Positions 47,118 through 55,675 of a stretch of 64,000 nucleotides of DNA are shown piece after piece. Both the position numbers and the translations under genes were made by a program. Under the pieces are notes generated by a model that had not been told where the DNA came from, made no database searches, and saw only the letters and a list, made by a program, of their open reading frames with translations. Each line of letters starts with the position of its first letter. Position 1 is the first letter of the stretch. This DNA is from a virus (lineage: Duplodnaviria > Caudoviricetes), in the IMG/VR virus record IMGVR_UViG_3300020374_000001; one strand, 5' to 3'.

Positions 47118-47813
47118 ATGAGTAAATTTAAATTTATAGAAGTCAACAAAGACTTATTACCGAAAACAAAAGGTAGACGAATAGATGGTCATAGATTTTA
47201 CGAAATTGATGGCAAGAACTATCCGTCTATCACAACCGTTTTAAATATCAGAAAAAAAGAAGGATTAACAAAGTGGCGTGAGAACGTAGGAGAAGGCGCT
47301 GCTAATTGGGAAATGGCACGAGCAGCCAGACGAGGTAAATCTACACACACTTTGATAGAACAATATCTTAAAAGTGAAACTCCTAGTGAGAGAAGTGTAT
47401 TACCATTAGGTCTATTTAAGTTATTAAAACCATACGTAGATCAGATTAACAATATTCATTTACTAGAATCAATAATGTATTCACATAAACTTACCGTTGC
47501 AGGTCAAGTTGATTGTGTTGCTGAGTACAATGGTAAATTATCAGTAATAGATTTTAAAACAGCAAATAAAGAACGACAAGAATCTTGGATAGATAATTAT
47601 TTTTTACAATGTACCGCTTATGCAATTATGTATGAGGAGATATTCAAAAAACCCATAGAACAAATTGTAATCTTACTTGCAGGTGAAGATGGTTCAGTTG
47701 CTTGTTATAAGAAAAATAGAAAAGACTACGAAGAGTCGCTGGGTAAAGCTATACAAGACTTTTATAAATATTATGAAAATATAAACAAAGATAAGATAGC
47801 GATTTCTAAATAA
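47118..47813 (+). CDS. PD-(D/E)xK exonuclease
   Basis: YPSITTVL, RG...H...E, AGQVDC, IDFKT, Q..AY. Confidence 0.85.
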   Translation: MSKFKFIEVNKDLLPKTKGRRIDGHRFYEIDGKNYPSITTVLNIRKKEGLTKWRENVGEGAANWEMARAARRGKSTHTLIEQYLKSETPSERSVLPLGLFKLLKPYVDQINNIHLLESIMYSHKLTVAGQVDCVAEYNGKLSVIDFKTANKERQESWIDNYFLQCTAYAIMYEEIFKKPIEQIVILLAGEDGSVACYKKNRKDYEESLGKAIQDFYKYYENINKDKIAISK

Positions 47814-47842
47814 AAACATCTTATCAAAACAAGAAAGATAAG

Positions 47843-48190
47843 ATGAAAAGACTAATACTAATTTTAAGTTTACTTTGTGCCAGTATAGTATATGCTGAAG
47901 AACAAAAGACTTATAACTTCTGGTGGGAAACTATTCCTGCTGTTTGTTCTACTTCAGACGAAATACAAAGGTGGGCAAACGATAAAAATATGATACCTGT
48001 CAACGTAAGTGTTGGCAAAGAAAATGGTTCACCAGATGGTAAAGTTGTTTATATTGTTATATACTGGTTAAATGATACAGGAGAAACATTTGCTTCAGTA
48101 TCTACACCTGACGATCCAGGCAATGCTTGTATAGTGTTCAGGACTTTTGATTTAAGAATTAACTCGGGTTTACAAAACCCAGGTTTATAG
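47843..48190 (+). CDS. Exported Cys-pair protein
   Basis: Signal peptide. Confidence 0.55.
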   Translation: MKRLILILSLLCASIVYAEEQKTYNFWWETIPAVCSTSDEIQRWANDKNMIPVNVSVGKENGSPDGKVVYIVIYWLNDTGETFASVSTPDDPGNACIVFRTFDLRINSGLQNPGL

Positions 48191-48199
48191 AATTAGACG

Positions 48200-48433
48200 T
48201 TGAGAGTAAGATAATAACTAGTGAGGACGTGGGGGCAGTACCCACCACCTCCACCAATTTAGAACACATAAATGTGTGCTGTAAGGGGGTGAGTTAGATT
48301 CGACTGCTACTAAAACTTACTGGAGTTTAATCGCTGACACCGTAATGTCAAATTATAAATGCTAACGAAAGTTATGCTTTAGCAGCGTAAAGTTGCTTAG
48401 GGTTTGCCTGTACCTCGTAACAGAAACAGGCAT
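48200..48433 (+). ncRNA. ssrA: Circularly permuted (two-piece) tmRNA, alphaproteobacterial type; tag (A)ANESYALAA
   Basis: T-arm GTGGG-GGCAGTA-CCCAC then CACCTCC-A-CCA (ends 48256) lies upstream of the 5' strand GGGGGTG (48285); G3.U70 pair; D-loop GATTCGAC; tag frame 48361-48390; outer ends approximate. Confidence 0.93.
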
Positions 48434-48550
48434 ATATAAAGATATGATGACCCAGGCGACACCAATCAAAATTTCAAACAAATATTACAGAATACCTAAC
48501 ACAAAGGTTAGGTGGGCCCCTATTGTGGTTCCGCTAGCGTGGGACCACAC

Positions 48551-48579
48551 TAGACTTTTCCTGCCTAATATGATATAAT
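48551..48579 (+). promoter_or_regulatory. sigma70-type promoter
   Basis: TAGACT-17-TATAAT with TGn extension. Confidence 0.65.
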
Positions 48580-48588
48580 GAATCAATT

Positions 48589-48804
48589 ATGAATAGTAAA
48601 GAATTTAGTCTAAAGATAGAGTCAGTAGTAAAAGAAAAACGAGTATCTTATATGGACGCTATAATAGACTATTGTAAGATGAATGACATTGACGTAGGAA
48701 CGGTTAAGACTATGGTCAATAAGTCATTAAAAGAAAAAATAAAACACGAGGCAGTCAATTTAAAAATGCTCAAAGAAAAGAAAGGTGGCATATTGCCAGT
48801 ATGA
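48589..48804 (+). CDS. gp33: Late promoter transcription co-activator (gp33)
   Basis: F...IE..V.E....YMDAI..YC....ID......V.K.LKEKI..EA. Confidence 0.8.
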   Translation: MNSKEFSLKIESVVKEKRVSYMDAIIDYCKMNDIDVGTVKTMVNKSLKEKIKHEAVNLKMLKEKKGGILPV

Positions 48805-48938
48805 ACGGATTAGAAATGTTATACCACATACTATTTGTTGAGTGGGACAAAGGTTTATGGGGCATAATAATTTTAGGATTTGTAATTGCTGTTGCAAGTA
48901 TAATATATGATATTGGCTGTGAAATTAATAATGAATAA
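48801..48938 (+). CDS. 45-aa membrane protein (not in ORF track)
   Basis: ATGA overlap; one TM. Confidence 0.45.
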   Translation: MNGLEMLYHILFVEWDKGLWGIIILGFVIAVASIIYDIGCEINNE

Positions 48939-48955
48939 GAAGAGGAAAGATAATA

Positions 48956-49492
48956 ATGGACGGTGAAGAAGTAAAGAAAACTATACCTGAACATAGTTTT
49001 AGATGTAGATTTGAACATAAAGCAATTTATATCTGGAAAGATATTACAACAGATATGATGTTCAAAGATAAGAAAATAGTAATATTTGGATTACCAGGTG
49101 CATTTACACCTACGTGTTCAAACGAACAATTGCCACAATACGAGGCACAATACGAAAGATTTAAAGAACTAGGTATTGATGATGTATATTGTATATCAGT
49201 TAATGATGGTTTTGTAATGAGAAGTTGGGGTGCAAGTATGACACCTAAAATAGAAAAAGTATTTTTATGTCCTGATGGTGATGGTAAATTTACTGAACAA
49301 ATGGGAATGTTAGTTGATAAACCTGCTAATAAATTTGGTAAAAGAAGTTGGAGATATTCTGCTTATGTTGACAATGGTGTAATAAAGAAAATGTTTATTG
49401 AACCAGGCAAGAATGACAAGAGCGAAGATGAAGATCCATTTGAAGTAACAGACGCTGAAACAATGTTAAAATATTTAAAGGACAATAAGTAA
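48956..49492 (+). CDS. Peroxiredoxin (Prx5 type)
   Basis: PGAFTPTCS, SVND.FVM..W, RSWRY. Confidence 0.92.
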   Translation: MDGEEVKKTIPEHSFRCRFEHKAIYIWKDITTDMMFKDKKIVIFGLPGAFTPTCSNEQLPQYEAQYERFKELGIDDVYCISVNDGFVMRSWGASMTPKIEKVFLCPDGDGKFTEQMGMLVDKPANKFGKRSWRYSAYVDNGVIKKMFIEPGKNDKSEDEDPFEVTDAETMLKYLKDNK

Positions 49493-49495
49493 TCA

Positions 49496-50107
49496 ATGTA
49501 TGGAGGGTTTGATGTTTTTAGAGTCTATATGGCAGTTAAATTACATTTTACTACCAATTATGATTATTTTGACTATGATGGTAAGGTGAATATCAAACTA
49601 GATACATTTACAAAAAGAAATGACAGATATTTTTTTCATAAACTTTCTACTAAATACAAACAAGACGAAATACTTGATTTCTTTGTTGCAAATTTTATTG
49701 ACAAAGACAAGAACTGGATTGGTAACTTACTAGAGAATGATGGACGAGAAATATATCTTAATTATAAAAAAGTTAAAGACAATTTTAAATTTCATTTTAG
49801 AAACGACTTTGTTAATATTCTTAATGACTTTGGCAGTAAGCGTCTTTCTTTTGATGATGGTTTCGTTTGCCATAATGGACAACATCCACGACTTTTACGT
49901 TTACTTATTCAGAAAAGAACGTCTTTCCAAACCTTCGTTGTGCTTGACCAAGTCTTATCGTTTATCAAAAATTGGAATAAGGAAATTAAAGAGAATATTG
50001 TCTGGCCTAAAATCGCACATAAGGTTGCCAAGTTGAAACCTTTTATAAAATATAACTTAACAGAATGTAAATTAATAATGAAAGAGGTGATTAAAAATGA
50101 AACCTAA
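49496..50107 (+). CDS. gp59: Helicase loader (gp59)
   Basis: Y.AVKLHFT..YDYF.Y.GK, F.KR.DRYFF.KL; lies between gp33 and gp32. Confidence 0.85.
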   Translation: MYGGFDVFRVYMAVKLHFTTNYDYFDYDGKVNIKLDTFTKRNDRYFFHKLSTKYKQDEILDFFVANFIDKDKNWIGNLLENDGREIYLNYKKVKDNFKFHFRNDFVNILNDFGSKRLSFDDGFVCHNGQHPRLLRLLIQKRTSFQTFVVLDQVLSFIKNWNKEIKENIVWPKIAHKVAKLKPFIKYNLTECKLIMKEVIKNET

Positions 50108-50891
50108 AATAGAGTTTATATCTTTAATATCAGGTGTAGATAAAACTATGCCTATTATAGAGGCGTCTAAACATAAACCATCTTGGATTAAGAAGGCGGC
50201 CGCAGATTTTAAAAAGTTGGGTTCTATTACTCAACAACATAGAGGTGGGCAAGAAATGTATGCCGATCCTAATATGCAAAAATTTAGTCCAGATGAAACA
50301 AAACATACATCAAAATGTCCTGCCTTACAACTATATCACAATACAGGTTATATTTTAAGAACACATACAGATATTATATTAGATGTAAGTCCTGATGGTG
50401 AGTATTTTCAATCAAAAACACCTGGTAGTAACCGAGATAGCAGACCACTTGTAACATCACATATGGATCAATCATTTTATCCTTTCTTTGAAAACTGGCC
50501 AAAAGGCACAATGAAAAAAGTATTGAAGTTTGATTTACCTTGGGTAGCAAGAATACCTAAAGGATATAAAATGTTGCAAATGCACCCTATGTACCAAGAC
50601 GAAAATAGATTTACTACTTTGTCAGGTATATTAGAACCGCATTTAGGACACGCTGCTATAGGAACAATACCTTTCTATTGCCACTTCACAGGTGTTGAAA
50701 CAATTAAGGCAGGAACACCAGTTGCTCAATTTGTATTAATACCAGATGATAATAATGAAATGAAAGTAATTGATTTTGAAGATGATAAAAATTATATCAA
50801 AGAGAGATCAATAAACTATTTACAATTACAAGAATCATTTAATAGAAATTATAATAAAATGAGAGAGTTTTGGAAAAAATATGGCTGGTAG
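50097..50891 (+). CDS. Hypothetical protein (dUTPase-like beta-clip fold possible)
   Basis: P.W, KCPA....TGY, PW...P.GY, IKAGTPVAQ. Confidence 0.45.
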   Translation: MKPKIEFISLISGVDKTMPIIEASKHKPSWIKKAAADFKKLGSITQQHRGGQEMYADPNMQKFSPDETKHTSKCPALQLYHNTGYILRTHTDIILDVSPDGEYFQSKTPGSNRDSRPLVTSHMDQSFYPFFENWPKGTMKKVLKFDLPWVARIPKGYKMLQMHPMYQDENRFTTLSGILEPHLGHAAIGTIPFYCHFTGVETIKAGTPVAQFVLIPDDNNEMKVIDFEDDKNYIKERSINYLQLQESFNRNYNKMREFWKKYGW

Positions 50892-51738
50892 AGTATTCTG
50901 TATAGGTAACGGTGAAAGTAGAAAACATTTAGATTTAGAAACATTAAGACCATACGGCAAGATATATGGTTGTAATGCTCTATATAGAGATTTTACACCA
51001 GACGTAATTACTGCTGTTGATATGGGCATAATGCACGAGATATACAATACAGGTTATGCACAAAATAATCAATGTGTGTTTAGAGATTGGAATACAATGC
51101 CTGGTGAAATGTACGAACAATTATTATATGCAGGTCAAAACTATTCTGACCAAGATTATGATTTGATTAAAAAAGAAAATGTAATCAATTCTAATGAAAG
51201 AGGTGACCGTAAAGAATTTGTTATGCACGGTTCTAATTTAGCAGGTGTAGTAGAAATATTAAAGAAGAATAAAGATAGAGAAAAAAAAGAAGTTAATCAT
51301 ACATCAATAAATGTAAGTTGGGTTACAAGTGATGATAAGGTAAGAGCAGTAAACGACCATATGATAAACAATGAAGGCAATACTAAAGATAGAGGTTGGG
51401 CAGCAGGTCCTACTTCAGGTTGGTTTGCTGTGAATGATTGTAAACCTGAAGAAGTATTTTTATTAGGACACGATTTAGAGAGTTACAACGATCAGTTGAA
51501 TAACCTATACAAAGATACAAAACATTATGGTTTAAAAGAGGCACACAAGACACCTAGTATAAACTGGATTAATCAATGGTTAGAACTGATAAGAGAAAAT
51601 CAAAACACTACATTTTATAAGGTAAATCCACACGGAAGTGATGGTACTGACCCTATTAGTTTCATACCAGACGCTTGGGCAAGAGAGAAAAATATTAAGT
51701 ACATAGACTATACCACGCTTGACAAAATGCTCAAATAG
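50881..51738 (+). CDS. Hypothetical protein, GT29/MptE-like Rossmann fold
   Basis: CIGNGESR, YGCNALYRDF.PD, GW.AG, LLGHD. Confidence 0.5.
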   Translation: MAGRVFCIGNGESRKHLDLETLRPYGKIYGCNALYRDFTPDVITAVDMGIMHEIYNTGYAQNNQCVFRDWNTMPGEMYEQLLYAGQNYSDQDYDLIKKENVINSNERGDRKEFVMHGSNLAGVVEILKKNKDREKKEVNHTSINVSWVTSDDKVRAVNDHMINNEGNTKDRGWAAGPTSGWFAVNDCKPEEVFLLGHDLESYNDQLNNLYKDTKHYGLKEAHKTPSINWINQWLELIRENQNTTFYKVNPHGSDGTDPISFIPDAWAREKNIKYIDYTTLDKMLK

Positions 51739-51747
51739 TGTTATATT
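51719..51747 (+). promoter_or_regulatory. sigma70-type early promoter
   Basis: TTGACA-17-TATATT. Confidence 0.7.
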
Positions 51748-51753
51748 GGTAAT

Positions 51754-51912
51754 ATGTTTGATGTTTTAATATACAGAATTTTAGATAAAGTTGAAACTAC
51801 TTGTAAAAAGGTTAGAGAATATATGATTAACAAGTCATTACCTAATCCTTGTAAGTCTGCTTCTGAATGGCGAAAAGATTATGAAAAGTGGAAGAAAAAC
51901 TCTACTAAATAA
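51754..51912 (+). CDS. 52-aa leaderless hypothetical protein (not in ORF track)
   Basis: ATG begins 7 nt after the -10 box. Confidence 0.5.
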   Translation: MFDVLIYRILDKVETTCKKVREYMINKSLPNPCKSASEWRKDYEKWKKNSTK

Positions 51913-51976
51913 TAATGATCCCGATTATATAGGGAACACAAATACAACGAATATAAAAATATAGGAGAATACGAAT

Positions 51977-52861
51977 ATGGATTTTGAAACTTTAAAATCA
52001 TCATCAAGTAATTTTGATAAACTTACAAAGGCACTTGAATCGAACCTCAATCCTGAGGATTCATCAAATAAAAACAAATACCAAGACGACAGATTTTGGA
52101 AACCAGAGTTAGATAAAACTGGTAACGGTTATGCTGTTATTAGATTTTTACCTGCTGTGTCAGGCGAAGACTTGCCTTGGCAAAGAGTATGGTCTCACGC
52201 TTTCCAAGGACCTGGTGGTTGGTATATTGAAAACTCATTAACAACATTAAATCAAAAAGATCCTGTGTCTGAAGAAAACACAAGACTTTGGAATACAGGT
52301 GTTGATAGTGATAAAGAAATCGCTAGAAAGAGAAAAAGAAAATTATCTTACTACTCAAATATTCTAGTGGTATCTGACCCTAAACATCCAGAAAACGAAG
52401 GCAAAGTTTTCTTATACAAATTTGGTAAAAAGATATTTGATAAGATTACTGAAGCAATGCAACCTGCTTTTGAAGACGAGGCGGCAATCAATCCGTTTGA
52501 CTTCTGGAAAGGTGCAAACTTTAAATTAAAAATCAGAAAAGTTGATGGTTATTGGAACTATGACAAATCTGAATTTGAAGGCGTGTCAGCACTTGCTGAT
52601 AATGATGACAAGATTAAATCAATCTGGTCAACACAACACGCTTTAAAACCATTTTTAGCAGCAGATAATTTTAAAACCTATGAGGAACTCAAAGAGAAAC
52701 TGAATAGGGTGTTATCGGGTGCTAGAAAAACTGAAACCGTTGCTGTTGCAGACCTCCCGCCTTCAACTAACGGTTCAGGAAAAAGTATAAATGAAAGTCC
52801 TGTTGCTAGTGATGATGACGATACAATGTCATACTTTAGTAAATTAGCAGAGGACGAGTAA
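51977..52861 (+). CDS. gp32: Single-stranded DNA-binding protein (gp32)
   Basis: DDRFWK...GNGYAVIRFLP, WYIENSLTT, FGKKIFDK, GANFKLK, acidic tail. Confidence 0.96.
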   Translation: MDFETLKSSSSNFDKLTKALESNLNPEDSSNKNKYQDDRFWKPELDKTGNGYAVIRFLPAVSGEDLPWQRVWSHAFQGPGGWYIENSLTTLNQKDPVSEENTRLWNTGVDSDKEIARKRKRKLSYYSNILVVSDPKHPENEGKVFLYKFGKKIFDKITEAMQPAFEDEAAINPFDFWKGANFKLKIRKVDGYWNYDKSEFEGVSALADNDDKIKSIWSTQHALKPFLAADNFKTYEELKEKLNRVLSGARKTETVAVADLPPSTNGSGKSINESPVASDDDDTMSYFSKLAEDE

Positions 52862-52887
52862 TACTCTCTCTCTTGGTAAATACTTTT

Positions 52888-52920
52888 AGGGCGCTTTAGG
52901 TAACTAAAGTGCCCTTTTTT
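52888..52920 (+). terminator. Rho-independent terminator
   Basis: AGGGCGCTTTAG-GTAA-CTAAAGTGCCCT followed by a T-run. Confidence 0.85.
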
Positions 52921-52923
52921 AAG

Positions 52924-52931
52924 CATAAATA
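52924..52931 (+). promoter_or_regulatory. Late promoter variant CATAAATA
   Basis: Between the terminator and the first gene of the tail module. Confidence 0.6.
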
Positions 52932-52937
52932 TAGCAT

Positions 52938-53465
52938 ATGCCTAGTATATTAGATCCATTAGTAGATAAACAAGGTGGTGCAAGAAAAGGCGCTGCTTGG
53001 TACAGAAATGCTGTTGCTTCTATCGCAGATAGAGTATCAGCAAGAAGACTAATGAATCAAGGCAGATTATTAGGTAGACCTAGTGTAGGTCGTTTAAATA
53101 TGTTCTTTTATGACCCTAAATATAAGAAGACGTTACCATATTATGATACATTTCCTCTAGTATTACCTATTGAGAGAATACCAGGTGGATTTGCAGGCAT
53201 TAATTTTCATTATTTAAGACCTGGTGCTAGATTTACTTTGTTAGAAAGATTACAAAGATTTTCTACAAAAGGTAGAGAAGTAACTAGTAGAAATAGTTTT
53301 GATGTAAGTTATGATAGGGTAAAGAACATACCATTGGTAAAGAATACGATTAAAAAATATTTGTTTAATCACGTGAGATCAAGTTTTTTAAGAATTGATT
53401 ATGACAAAGCAGCATTATCTGTTTATTTACCTGTGGCACAATTTAGGAAAGGTAGTCCATACTAA
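52938..53465 (+). CDS. gp2: DNA end protector (gp2)
   Basis: F.YDPK.K.TLPYYD.FPLV, GINFHYL, K.YL..HVRS. Confidence 0.85.
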   Translation: MPSILDPLVDKQGGARKGAAWYRNAVASIADRVSARRLMNQGRLLGRPSVGRLNMFFYDPKYKKTLPYYDTFPLVLPIERIPGGFAGINFHYLRPGARFTLLERLQRFSTKGREVTSRNSFDVSYDRVKNIPLVKNTIKKYLFNHVRSSFLRIDYDKAALSVYLPVAQFRKGSPY

Positions 53466-54448
53466 TGGCAATATTAAGAGGCGGAAAAAGAATTGGTGGT
53501 TATGATGTACGTATCGGTATACCACGAGATAAATCGCTTGATGACGTAGCAGGTGATAAGAGATTACAAAGACGACAAGGTGGTAATCCTGAAACCACTA
53601 TGGGTCGTTTTCAATCTTATGTAAATGAGGCAGAAGGATTTGCTAGAAAGGCAAGATTTTATGCTGAGTTTGCTTTACCTAAAGGTGTAGATAGTGGTAG
53701 TATATTTTCAGAAGGTTTTGAAGATACATCATTAGCAGCATTAGAGAAAACATCTTTTCCATCACAAGAAGATTTACTTGCTGTTCAACAGGCAAATGGT
53801 AGACGAGTAAGAGCATTTTGTTCTTCTATTAGTATGCCTGAAAGAGAAATGGTAACTAAAGAAGTTAGACACGGAAATGCACCTGCTAGAAATATAGTTT
53901 ATGATATGAAATCAGCACCTATATCAGCAACATTTTATGCTGATAAGTTTATGAGAGAAAGAAGTTATTTTGAATTATGGCAGAAAGCCGCTATGTCAAC
54001 CTCATCTACATTTAATACAAACTATTATGAAAACTATGTTTCTAATTTAAACATATTTCAATTAGGACAATTTGCAAGCAGACAGGAACGTGATGATATA
54101 ACTTATGGTGTACAATTGATAGATGTTTATCCTACAAAGGTAGGTGCAATAGAATATTCCCACGATGCTAATAGTATTCAAACCGTTGATATAGATTTTT
54201 CATTTAGATACTGGATTAATTACTTTATAGATAGACAAGGTAATATAGAATTAGGTAGTCCTCTTGGTAGGGTGCCTGAAATTAAAAACAATAGAGGAAT
54301 TTTTGGTAGTTTAATAAATAAATTGCCACCTGAATTGAGAAGGGCAGGTAGAGATGTACTTAACGATTTAAGACGTAGAGTACCTTTAGGTAGAGTAACT
54401 GGCGGAAGAGTATTTCCACCATTTAAAATACCACCACTAAATATTTAA
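53465..54448 (+). CDS. gp54: Baseplate tail-tube initiator (gp54-like)
   Basis: Tube-fold motifs C.S.SMP, TFY.D...ER..FE.WQ, YP..VG; synteny. Confidence 0.65.
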   Translation: MAILRGGKRIGGYDVRIGIPRDKSLDDVAGDKRLQRRQGGNPETTMGRFQSYVNEAEGFARKARFYAEFALPKGVDSGSIFSEGFEDTSLAALEKTSFPSQEDLLAVQQANGRRVRAFCSSISMPEREMVTKEVRHGNAPARNIVYDMKSAPISATFYADKFMRERSYFELWQKAAMSTSSTFNTNYYENYVSNLNIFQLGQFASRQERDDITYGVQLIDVYPTKVGAIEYSHDANSIQTVDIDFSFRYWINYFIDRQGNIELGSPLGRVPEIKNNRGIFGSLINKLPPELRRAGRDVLNDLRRRVPLGRVTGGRVFPPFKIPPLNI

Positions 54449-54465
54449 TATAATAAGGAGTTATA

Positions 54466-55203
54466 ATGGCGTTACCAATAGTTGAAACACCACGATATGA
54501 GTTGACTTTACCATCTAGTGATGTAAAGGTTCAGTATAGACCTTTTCTTGTTAAAGAAGAAAAAATTTTATATATGGCACTTGAATCAGGTGATGAACAA
54601 CAAATGCAATCGGCAACAAAAGATATTTTGAAGTCGGTTACATACAACAAAATAGATGTTGAAACTCTACCAACTTTTGATGTAGAGTACATTTTCTTAC
54701 AAGTTAGGGCAAAATCTGTAGGAGAAGTTGCAAAGTTTAAAATTATATGTCCAGACGATAAGACAACCTATGGCGATGTGGAGGTTGACATATCAAAAGT
54801 TGAGGTGCAAGTTGATGACGCACACTCTAACGATATAATATTAGACGAAAAAAGAAAATTAGGTGTAGTAATGAAATATCCTAATATGAAAGTGTTATAT
54901 ACAACACAAGGTATTAAGACACTTAAATATGAAGATGTTATAGGTTTAATTATAGGATGTGTTGATTACATTTATGAAGGAGAGAAAAACTTTCCTACTA
55001 CTGAATCAACAAAAGAAGAATTGAAAGATTTTTTTGAAAATTTATCTCAAAATCAGTTTACTAAATTGAGAACTTTTTTTGAAACAATGCCTAGATTACG
55101 ACACGAAACAAAAGTGAAGAACCCGAAGACAGGAGTTGAGAGTAAGATCACCTTCAGCGGGTTACAAGATTTTTTCGGATTGGCCTCTCCCACAATAGCC
55201 TAG
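54466..55203 (+). CDS. gp26: Baseplate hub assembly protein (gp26)
   Basis: MALP...P.YEL.LPS....YRPFLVKEEK, FDVEYIFL..RAKSVGE, GLQDFF. Confidence 0.88.
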   Translation: MALPIVETPRYELTLPSSDVKVQYRPFLVKEEKILYMALESGDEQQMQSATKDILKSVTYNKIDVETLPTFDVEYIFLQVRAKSVGEVAKFKIICPDDKTTYGDVEVDISKVEVQVDDAHSNDIILDEKRKLGVVMKYPNMKVLYTTQGIKTLKYEDVIGLIIGCVDYIYEGEKNFPTTESTKEELKDFFENLSQNQFTKLRTFFETMPRLRHETKVKNPKTGVESKITFSGLQDFFGLASPTIA

Positions 55204-55370
55204 AGGCGATATACGAAGTAAATTTTGCACTTATGCAACACCATAAGTATTCACTAACTGAAATTGAGGCAATGATACCGTGGGAACGTGATGTATATGT
55301 TTCATTATTGATTAAATATATTAAAGAAGAAAACGAAAGAAAAAAACGAGAACGAGAAAAGGCAAAGTAA
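55176..55370 (+). CDS. gp51: Baseplate hub assembly catalyst (gp51), in the -1 frame of gp26; first ATG only at 55233
   Basis: SLEAIYEVNFALMQHHKYSLTEIEAMIPWERDVYV; not in ORF track. Confidence 0.8.
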   Translation, partial: RIGLSHNSLEAIYEVNFALMQHHKYSLTEIEAMIPWERDVYVSLLIKYIKEENERKKREREKAK

Positions 55371-55672
55371 TGATAGAAAAAATTAAAAACTTATTCGGAT
55401 CAGGTTGGTCTGGAATCAAATATGGTATAAAACAATTATGGCATTTCATTGAGGTAGAGATACCTGAATTGATGTCTAACTGGAGATTAGTACCTAGACT
55501 TTTAATGGTTGCATATGCTTGGGCATTTTTAGATGTAATCAATTGGTTTATGGCACTAGAGAATCCTAATAACGCACAGGCAGGGTTAGTGTCAGTAGTT
55601 GTAGGGGCAGGCGCTGGGTGGTTTGCAATATACGTTAACGGTAAACCTTCTAAAGTTAAAAACAAGGACTAA
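55370..55672 (+). CDS. Two-TM membrane protein (holin-like candidate)
   Basis: WRLVPRLL...WFM.L..P..AQAGLVSVVVGA. Confidence 0.5.
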   Translation: MIEKIKNLFGSGWSGIKYGIKQLWHFIEVEIPELMSNWRLVPRLLMVAYAWAFLDVINWFMALENPNNAQAGLVSVVVGAGAGWFAIYVNGKPSKVKNKD

Positions 55673-55675
55673 ACA

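Noticed and set aside
47118-47813. Cas4 / CRISPR system
   Set aside because: Lacks the four-Cys Fe-S motif; no repeat-spacer array was seen in the window
48226-48256. tRNA-like 3' half ending in CCA
   Set aside because: No anticodon arm, and its pairing partner lies downstream; it is the acceptor piece of the permuted tmRNA
48393-48578. 61-aa ORF in the track
   Set aside because: TTG start inside the tmRNA, no RBS, overlaps RNA hairpins and a promoter
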